From the IMG/VR virus record IMGVR_UViG_3300029319_000020, positions 14,437 through 78,436 of that record: a DNA stretch of 64,000 nucleotides. One strand, written 5' to 3'. The translations under genes and the position numbers were made by a program. Below the pieces are notes generated by a model. The model worked only from the letters and a program-made list of their open reading frames with translations, ran no database searches and was not told where the DNA came from. The stretch is from a virus (taxonomy: Duplodnaviria > Caudoviricetes). Shown here in pieces: positions 47,401-53,371 of the stretch; position 1 is the stretch's first letter, and each line of letters starts with the position of its first letter.

Positions 47401-48156
47401 CTTGCTAAACAGCATGGCTACAAAATCAAGCCTTTGAACATTAATTACTCTGAATCTACTTGGAAGATTGAAGGTGAAGATACCTTGATTGCTCCGCTTA
47501 CAGGAATCAAAGGTTTTGGTGATGCTGCTTTTGAACAAGTAATACAACACAGACCTTTTGACACTATCGATGAGTTATTGTTTCACGATGATGTAAAGTA
47601 TTCTAAGTTAAACAAAAAAGCTCTTGATGTTCTTTGCAGAGCAGGTGCTTTAAATGATTTGATCGATGAACGCTTTACAGGTGATAAACACTTTTGGTCA
47701 GCAGCGATTGTGGAACGTCCAAAGAATCGTAAAAGGTTTGAGGATAATATAGAACTGTATAGACCTGAAGGATCATTTACAGAAGATGAGAAGATTGGTT
47801 TCTTAGCAAATCTAACAGGTATCTTCCCTGTGTCTATGGTTATGTCTGATCATATAATGAATAAGTTAGATCAAAAAGGTGTTCCACCTATATCTGAATA
47901 TGATCCCGACTTGATGTTTTGTTGGGGGATTGTTCGAGAAGTAACAAAGAAGAAGTCAAAGAATGGTAAATATTTTTATACTGTCAAGCTGATTGATTCT
48001 AACTCTGTAGAAACAAAGATTAGATGTTGGGGTGTTGACCCTAATAAAGATACATTGGTTATCAACAGACCTTATATGTTGAAACCAAAGCATTCATTAG
48101 ACTGGGGCTTCTCAACCTATGGAGCACTAAACAATACTTGGGCAATCTTAATATAG
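44410..48156 (+). CDS. dnaE: DNA polymerase III alpha subunit (family C)
   Basis: PHP motifs LHAHS, LTDHG, GDSHY; GRGSAAGSL, PDIDYD, KFDILGL, YGFNKSH; C-terminal OB fold. Confidence 0.97.
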   Translation: MNSITLGIQTSNQYDGWINKDGESLNFPTEDLKQIGISEINISKITELISNETREKHGCFTFTIKGNGGHKMSKAEIAYAKKILKEIIRCNESITRAISKIKFINLHAHSGVGSPFDGFGYPQEHMDFAYNNGCEGLALTDHGNMNGFAYQVLHAKKMKKQGKNFKPIFGVEAYFIPSVSEWKIKLEEHKKDKKKAKSIDADRSGTNIEADGESKGLSKSDINRTRHLVLIAMNQTGLNNIFKMVSESYHGDYYYRKPRVDFELLRKYHEGVIALSACLGGVYAGCYWQNREEGSEAVLKCMREMTEEMLFTFGDRWYPEVQWNAVPEQHELNQYIIQIAKEYNMKIVSTGDSHYPTPDAWKDRELYKRLGWIGKGKPEWLDMNLPTSVQEMEYELYPKNGQQMWESYKQYSEECEQEYDDDLIRQSIEESYHIAMERCEDFLPDTTVRLPDFVVPAGYNEDEYLERLASKGLFSILQERGLTQKQGRASSPIYLYEKRLKHELQVIADRGFSKYFLTMKAITDKTNEVQLSGPGRGSAAGSLVAYCLGITQVDPIKYGLLFSRFLRSDATDYPDIDYDVSDPMVLKDIMIEEWGNSTVVPISNWNTLQLRSLIKDISKFYEIPFMEVNAVTGKMMHEATPLAKKKHGIKAGVYTPTFDEVIEFSESLQKFFKKYPHVKEHVQALHGSYRSCSRHAGGVVVGEDLDKYMPLISSKGVRQTPWSEGQNVRQLEPMGFIKFDILGLSTLRMIEDCITKILRRHHGIESPTFADIKEFYDNHIHPDQIDLNDQNVYENVFHNGQWVGVFQFTEEGVQKLAERTKPTSIVDLSAITSIYRPGPLSAGVDKAYIKAVQDPDEVDYLNETVRGITEETYGFLIFQEQIARLAHELGDDITMDEANLLRKILTKKGTGKGHEVKDAIHEKFIRGCVQKNINKHAAQDLWQTFEYFSGYGFNKSHAVSYSIISYQCAWLCTYYKAEWVASFLDKEPESRKEKAINLAKQHGYKIKPLNINYSESTWKIEGEDTLIAPLTGIKGFGDAAFEQVIQHRPFDTIDELLFHDDVKYSKLNKKALDVLCRAGALNDLIDERFTGDKHFWSAAIVERPKNRKRFEDNIELYRPEGSFTEDEKIGFLANLTGIFPVSMVMSDHIMNKLDQKGVPPISEYDPDLMFCWGIVREVTKKKSKNGKYFYTVKLIDSNSVETKIRCWGVDPNKDTLVINRPYMLKPKHSLDWGFSTYGALNNTWAILI

Positions 48157-48164
48157 GAGGATAA

Positions 48165-49037
48165 ATGATTGATTTACATGTACATCTCGACGGTTCAATA
48201 AGACATAAAACTCTTGAAGAATTGTATGAGGGAGATCTTCCCGATGTTAAGTTTTATACAAATATGGGAATACAAAAGGCTCTTGCTTCGTTTAGGACTA
48301 CCCTATCTGTTATGCAAGAGTTAGACAGAATTACAAGGATAACCACAGAACTGTGCATAGATTTATCCGAACTTGGAACAAAGAGAGCAGAGATAAGATT
48401 TGCACCTCAGTTACATTGTAATGGAGACATAGGGTCTGTTATTGATGCTGCAGTTGCTGGTCTTAAGCCAAGGTTTAATCTGATCCTTTGCGGTTTATAT
48501 GGTGAACCACCTGAAATGTTAGATGAGTTGGTTAAAGCCGCTAGAAAGCGTCCTAGAGTCGTTGGAATTGATCTGGCTGGTTCGCCATTGGAAGAGCACA
48601 AATGGAGCCTTATGGACTATTCTCGTCCCTTTACGGAGGCTATGAGAGTTGGTCTTGGCAGAACAGTTCATGCTGGAGAAGGAAGACCGTCCGAGGAGAT
48701 CAAAATGGCTATTGAAAACCTTCATGCTCAAAGAATTGGACACGGCTTATCTGTTCTTGGAGATCCTGAGTTGGTTGACTTGGTGAGAGAAAAAAAGATA
48801 CACATAGAAGCTTGCCCAACCTCAAACGTCCACACAGGTTGTATTGAAAAATTTGAGTACCATCCAATGATGGATTGGTTTAAAAAAGAAATTCGTTTTT
48901 CTTTGTGTTGTGATAACGTTTTATTATCTCAAACATGGGGAAGAAAAGAATATTTCAAAGCAAGATTAATGTGTAATATGACGTTTGAACAACAAAACCA
49001 AACACAAATTTGGGCAAAAGAAGCACTTTTTTCTTGA
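48165..49037 (+). CDS. add: Adenosine/AMP deaminase family
   Basis: DLHVHLDGS, EIRFAP, GIDLAG, HAGE, RIGHG, CPTSN, DN. Confidence 0.9.
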   Translation: MIDLHVHLDGSIRHKTLEELYEGDLPDVKFYTNMGIQKALASFRTTLSVMQELDRITRITTELCIDLSELGTKRAEIRFAPQLHCNGDIGSVIDAAVAGLKPRFNLILCGLYGEPPEMLDELVKAARKRPRVVGIDLAGSPLEEHKWSLMDYSRPFTEAMRVGLGRTVHAGEGRPSEEIKMAIENLHAQRIGHGLSVLGDPELVDLVREKKIHIEACPTSNVHTGCIEKFEYHPMMDWFKKEIRFSLCCDNVLLSQTWGRKEYFKARLMCNMTFEQQNQTQIWAKEALFS

Positions 49038-49061
49038 CATTTTTTTAAATGTGGTTATATT
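49034..49061 (+). promoter_or_regulatory. sigma70-like promoter
   Basis: TTGACA-N16-TATATT. Confidence 0.7.
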
Positions 49062-49067
49062 ATATAT

Positions 49068-49127
49068 GTGTCGCCTTATGGGACACAACAAAAAGTCAAC
49101 TTGCTTATAAAAGGAGAAAACAAAATG
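49068..49127 (+). promoter_or_regulatory. ROSE-like RNA thermometer
   Basis: 5' hairpin GTGTC..GACAC, then CTT-G(bulge)-CTT-ataa-AAG-GAG pairing the Shine-Dalgarno. Confidence 0.6.
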
Positions 49128-49544
49128 ACTAATATTACACTAAGAGCCCCTGCGGTATTGGGCAGAACCGCATTTGATCAACTGTTTGAACAGTTCTTTC
49201 AAGACCCCCGACCTTTGGTCAAGCGAACAACGGACGGTTATCCGTTGACTGATGTTTATCGTGATGAAAACGACAACCAAGTAATTGAAATGGCTTTGGC
49301 TGGATTTTCGAAGAAGGATCTAGAAATCAAAGTAAAAGATAATACTATTACTATTGGACACCAATCATCAGCATCAGGTAATAGTGGTCGTCGTATTGCA
49401 CGAAGATCTTTTACTAAGACCTTTGTGGATTACAACAACACACTTGACCTTGCCAAATCCAAAGCAAATTTTGAGAACGGTCTTCTTGTAATTACAATCC
49501 CACAACTTGAGGATAAAAAAGCATTGTCAATCGAAATTAAATAA
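49125..49544 (+). CDS. Small heat shock protein Hsp20 (IbpA-like)
   Basis: GYP..DV, IEMALAGF, IARRSF.K.F, A.F.NGLL.I.IP. Confidence 0.92.
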   Translation: MTNITLRAPAVLGRTAFDQLFEQFFQDPRPLVKRTTDGYPLTDVYRDENDNQVIEMALAGFSKKDLEIKVKDNTITIGHQSSASGNSGRRIARRSFTKTFVDYNNTLDLAKSKANFENGLLVITIPQLEDKKALSIEIK

Positions 49545-49567
49545 AATAAATTATTTATTTTTTTAAT

Positions 49568-49604
49568 CATGTCCCTTGACAAATGTCTTGGGACATGTTA
49601 TATT
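49568..49604 (+). promoter_or_regulatory. sigma70 promoter embedded in an inverted repeat
   Basis: CATGTCCC-TT-GAC-aaat-GTC-TT-GGGACATG; TTGACA-N17-TATATT. Confidence 0.8.
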
Positions 49605-49633
49605 ATAAATACATTTCAACAAAGGAGGATTAT

Positions 49634-49939
49634 ATGTGGAATGATGTAAAAGATAAAATCGTTATGGTTGCCGAATGGGATGATGACGATGTAGATAAGG
49701 ATGAAGCTGGTCACATGATTGACTTTATTAAATCTATCAAAGAACTAAATGATGCAATGCAACCTTATAAAGATCAATTAAAAGATCTTAAAGCTAATTA
49801 TAAAGAACAAGAATGGCTTGATGCAAAACAACAAAAAATGGCAATGAAGATCTATCGTATGATTGACGATGAGGTGGATTTAGCTGAATTTGTTGATCTA
49901 TATCAAACAGTTAACAAAATAATCAAAAAGGAGGAGTAA
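49634..49939 (+). CDS. Hypothetical protein (possible small helical dsDNA-binding protein)
   Basis: GGAGG RBS; helical, with a loose resemblance to GapR/DsbA-like proteins. Confidence 0.5.
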   Translation: MWNDVKDKIVMVAEWDDDDVDKDEAGHMIDFIKSIKELNDAMQPYKDQLKDLKANYKEQEWLDAKQQKMAMKIYRMIDDEVDLAEFVDLYQTVNKIIKKEE

Positions 49940-50364
49940 TGAAAATAAAAGTGATGAAGCTAGATGCTGGTGCAAAAATACCTAAATATGCAAAACCTGG
50001 TGATGCTGGTATGGATCTTTATGCTGTAACTGAATCATTTGATGATCATGGCAACTATGTTTATGGAACAGGTTTAGCTATGGAGATACCTGAAGGTTAC
50101 GTGGGTTTAATATTCCCACGTTCTTCTATCTCAAAAACAGCACATTCTCTTAGAAATGCTGTTGGGGTCATTGACTCTGGCTATCGTGGAGAACTAATAT
50201 TTAAATTTGATATTAACACTTTAAACTCACCAGTGTACAAAGTTGGAGACAGGATAGGTCAAATAATAATCCTACCTTATCCTCAAATAGAATTTGAAGA
50301 AGCTTGGGAACTTTCAAAAACTGAAAGAGGAACAGGTGGATATGGTTCAACTGGTACTAATTAA
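49939..50364 (+). CDS. dut: Trimeric dUTPase
   Basis: AGMDL, PRSS, GVIDSGYRG, RIGQ, RGTGGYGSTG. Confidence 0.97.
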   Translation: MKIKVMKLDAGAKIPKYAKPGDAGMDLYAVTESFDDHGNYVYGTGLAMEIPEGYVGLIFPRSSISKTAHSLRNAVGVIDSGYRGELIFKFDINTLNSPVYKVGDRIGQIIILPYPQIEFEEAWELSKTERGTGGYGSTGTN

Positions 50365-50367
50365 TAT

Positions 50368-50691
50368 ATGTCTGAACATAAAAAGAAGAAAATTCAATTT
50401 ACTGATACCGACATAAGACATGCGCAACTTAAAATTAGGCTTGAGAGAGAAAATATCACTCAAGCCGACTTTTTTAGAGCATGTGTTTCTGGTATGTCTG
50501 ATGGTGATCACGATCTTATGAAATTTATTCGTCGATACAAAGAAGAAAAAAACATTGGTCGAAAGCGTGACATTAAAGTTACTCAACAAGAGGATGAACA
50601 AGCAAACGATTTAATGGCAAAATTTGGAATAAAAGATGATGAATTGGAAAGTATTTTTGATTTAATAGCAGAAGAACACCCAGAATTGTGA
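50368..50691 (+). CDS. Hypothetical protein
   Basis: Intact 107-aa ORF. Confidence 0.6.
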   Translation: MSEHKKKKIQFTDTDIRHAQLKIRLERENITQADFFRACVSGMSDGDHDLMKFIRRYKEEKNIGRKRDIKVTQQEDEQANDLMAKFGIKDDELESIFDLIAEEHPEL

Positions 50692-50708
50692 TTTTTATGT
50701 TTTTATGA

Positions 50709-50717
50709 TCTATTTAT
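50709..50717 (+). promoter_or_regulatory. Putative late motif TCTATTTAT
   Basis: Intergenic, upstream of 50753. Confidence 0.5.
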
Positions 50718-50752
50718 AGAGAAAATAATTTAACAAAAGGAGATTTTAAGTT

Positions 50753-51364
50753 ATGCGCAAAAAATTATTATCTGAAGCCCAAGTTCGTCGTTTCCAGAGC
50801 TTGGCTAGTATTAAACCACTAAACGAAATGGATTCTTCATACAAAAAACACGATGATAAAGATAAAATGGAGGAAATGGCTTACAAAAAAGATGATCTAG
50901 AAGAAAATCTTTACGAAGAGGAAGCACTTTACGAAGAAGAAGAGATGGGTGATGAAGACATGGGAGATGAAGACATGGATGAAGCTGATGTCGAGATGGA
51001 CGAAGAACTAGTTCAAAAGTTCATGGATGCTGTTGACACAATGAAAGAAGTTGCTGATGTTCTTGGTGGAGTAGCCGGTGGAGACATGGATCTAGGTGAT
51101 GATATGGACATGGGTGACGACAAACCTGCTGATGATATGGACATGGGTGGTGATGAAGAACCAATGGAACTTGATGCTGGTGGTGAAGAACCTGCTGGTG
51201 AAGAAGACGAAGAAGAAATGCTTCAAGAAGCTCTTCGTGGGATCTCTTATGTTCCATCTAAAAAAGAGGTTGTTAAGGTTGTTGCTAAAAGGGTTGCAAA
51301 GCGTTTGCAAGAAGCAAAACGTGCTCAAGCTAAATTAAACAAAGCTCTTGGAAAAAAACATTAA
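50753..51364 (+). CDS. Highly acidic prohead core/scaffold-like protein
   Basis: D/E/M-rich low-complexity repeats (DEDMG), many L.E sites, basic C-terminal helix. Confidence 0.5.
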   Translation: MRKKLLSEAQVRRFQSLASIKPLNEMDSSYKKHDDKDKMEEMAYKKDDLEENLYEEEALYEEEEMGDEDMGDEDMDEADVEMDEELVQKFMDAVDTMKEVADVLGGVAGGDMDLGDDMDMGDDKPADDMDMGGDEEPMELDAGGEEPAGEEDEEEMLQEALRGISYVPSKKEVVKVVAKRVAKRLQEAKRAQAKLNKALGKKH

Positions 51365-51366
51365 TT

Positions 51367-51690
51367 ATGAAATTAACCAACAAACAATTACAGCAAATAA
51401 TTAAAGAAGAGTTGGCAAGTGTCATGAGAGAAATGGAAGCTCCATCAGGACAAAGTAGAATGGATTATGTTGGAGACATGAAAGCGTTAGAACAAGATCT
51501 ACAAGCCGCTATCTACGACAATAACCTCTCACAAGATGTAGCGGATACTATCCTAGGTGCATTTAGCTTTCGAGAAGTGACACGACAAACAATAGCGAAC
51601 CAAATCAAAATAGCTATGATAGACGATCCAGAAAATGCCGAGATTTATCAAGGTATGATCATAGACAATGACCTTCCAGAACCACAATAA
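51367..51690 (+). CDS. Tagged hypothetical protein
   Basis: MKLTNKQLQQIIKEEL N-terminus. Confidence 0.7.
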   Translation: MKLTNKQLQQIIKEELASVMREMEAPSGQSRMDYVGDMKALEQDLQAAIYDNNLSQDVADTILGAFSFREVTRQTIANQIKIAMIDDPENAEIYQGMIIDNDLPEPQ

Positions 51691-51701
51691 AAATTATTTA
51701 C

Positions 51702-51729
51702 TTGACAAATTTTACAAATGTGTTATACT
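51702..51729 (+). promoter_or_regulatory. sigma70-like promoter
   Basis: TTGACA-N16-TATACT. Confidence 0.75.
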
Positions 51730-51793
51730 ATAAGGACAAGCTAATCACTTGTCCTTTATTTTTAAAGAATTCATTTACAACAAAGGAGGCAAA

Positions 51794-52486
51794 ATGAAAT
51801 TCACAAAGAAAAAAACCAAAACTATTATAGATGAGGGTAACAAAGAAAAAGAAGGCGAAGATCTTCCAACCCAAGAAGACGTAGAAGCAGCAAAAGATAT
51901 GCTCGCAGCTATGATGGGTCCTCCACCTGAAGAGGAAATGCCTTCAACATTTATGATGTACGGTGATGTAAATGAGGAACGTGCTGCTGATATCGTTTCT
52001 GCCCTGTTGTTACTTGGAGACAAGAAAAGGGTTAAAAAGGCACAAGACAAGTTGCCTGAAGGTGAAGAGCTTGATGATATCACTTTTTATCTGTCAACTT
52101 ATGGTGGATCTGCTGATGACATGATGGCAATTTATGACATGATGCGTTTAACAAAAGAAAATAGAGATATTGAAACCATTGGTATGGGCAAGATTATGTC
52201 TGCTGGAACTTTGATTCTTGCTGCTGGGACAAGAGGTAAGCGAAAGATTATGAAGAACTGTCGTGTTATGATTCATGCTGTTTCTGCTGGATCAATGGGC
52301 ACTATACACAACCTTGTAAATGAGATGGAAGAAATTCAAAACATTCAAGATGCTTATATAGCTGCTTTATGTGCTGAAACACTACTTACTAAGAGACAGT
52401 TGAAAAAGATGTTGGATCAAAAAGTAAATGTGTATCTTACCGCCGAGGAAGCTGTCGAATATGGATTAGCAGACGAGGTTATTTAA
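51794..52486 (+). CDS. clpP: ClpP-family protease
   Basis: STYGG, MSAG (Ser), MIH (His), YLTAEEAVEYGLAD. Confidence 0.9.
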   Translation: MKFTKKKTKTIIDEGNKEKEGEDLPTQEDVEAAKDMLAAMMGPPPEEEMPSTFMMYGDVNEERAADIVSALLLLGDKKRVKKAQDKLPEGEELDDITFYLSTYGGSADDMMAIYDMMRLTKENRDIETIGMGKIMSAGTLILAAGTRGKRKIMKNCRVMIHAVSAGSMGTIHNLVNEMEEIQNIQDAYIAALCAETLLTKRQLKKMLDQKVNVYLTAEEAVEYGLADEVI

Positions 52487-53371
52487 ATGGACGCAGAATT
52501 TTACAACGAATCATCATCGTTGAAATTAGGATGGACACCCGACTGGTTCGGGTGTTCTGAATTTGATGAGGAACTTACCGAAGCGATACGCAAGTATCAA
52601 AAATCAATAGGACTTAAAGCCGATGGACTTTGTGGACCTGGAACCTATCGAAGGATCTGGACCGACAGAGAGTCGGCTCTTCCTTTTTTACAGGATGAGG
52701 TGCCTGAACATAAGAACACCAGCATTATATATAATAATGATTACTATGATATTGATTGGCCGAAGGTAGTTCTTCCTTTTATGAAAGGTGGTATGAAACT
52801 AACAAAAGGCTACAAGAAAATTGTGGAGAAAAGAACACCAACCAATTTCGTATGTCATTGGGATGTATGTCTGAGTTCAAAGTCATGTTTTAAAGTACTT
52901 CAGAACAGAGGATTGTCAGTTCATTTTCTCATAGATAACGATGGAACCATTTATCAGATTCTTGATATGAACCATATAGCTTACCATGCAGGCGGATCAA
53001 AGTGGAACGCTAACTCCATTGGTGTTGAGATTGCCAACGCTTATTACCCTAAACACCAGAAATGGTATATTAAGAACGGTTTTGGAGAGAGACCTATATG
53101 GAAAGAGAAGAAGGTTCACGGAAGATATCTAGAACCATTCTTAGGCTTCTATGACGTACAACTACAAGCTCTCAAAGCTTTAATGAAAGCTGTGAATAAA
53201 GCAACAGATATTCCCCTAGAAACACCAAACTCCTCAACAACATCAGCTCCAGCGGTTAGAGGAACTTATAAGGGTTTTATCTCGCACTTCCATTTGAAAA
53301 AAAACAAGATAGATTGTGCCGGATTAGACCTTAAACAACTAATTATTGACATAAATGAAGGAGATTATTAA
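52487..53371 (+). CDS. Endolysin: PG-binding domain plus N-acetylmuramoyl-L-alanine amidase
   Basis: AIRKYQ..GL.ADGLCGPGT; CHWD, SVHFLID, YHAG, SIGVEI, SHF. Confidence 0.88.
   Translation: MDAEFYNESSSLKLGWTPDWFGCSEFDEELTEAIRKYQKSIGLKADGLCGPGTYRRIWTDRESALPFLQDEVPEHKNTSIIYNNDYYDIDWPKVVLPFMKGGMKLTKGYKKIVEKRTPTNFVCHWDVCLSSKSCFKVLQNRGLSVHFLIDNDGTIYQILDMNHIAYHAGGSKWNANSIGVEIANAYYPKHQKWYIKNGFGERPIWKEKKVHGRYLEPFLGFYDVQLQALKALMKAVNKATDIPLETPNSSTTSAPAVRGTYKGFISHFHLKKNKIDCAGLDLKQLIIDINEGDY
53338..53346 (+). promoter_or_regulatory. Putative late motif ACTAATTAT (intragenic)
   Basis: About 25 bp upstream of tagged gene 53371. Confidence 0.45.

Noticed and set aside
24519-48156. Inteins or introns in recA, dnaB, nrdJ or dnaE
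   Set aside because: Lengths are ordinary, conserved motifs are contiguous, and no C/S...HN splice motifs or LAGLIDADG blocks are seen.
19734-49037. 2-aminoadenine (Z-genome) system suggested by PolA plus a deaminase
   Set aside because: No PurZ, DatZ or MazZ-like genes in the window, and a family-A polymerase alone is not diagnostic.
50930-51230. Repetitive GATGAAGACATG-like DNA as a regulatory repeat
   Set aside because: Explained by low-complexity D/E/M/G coding in the acidic scaffold-like protein.
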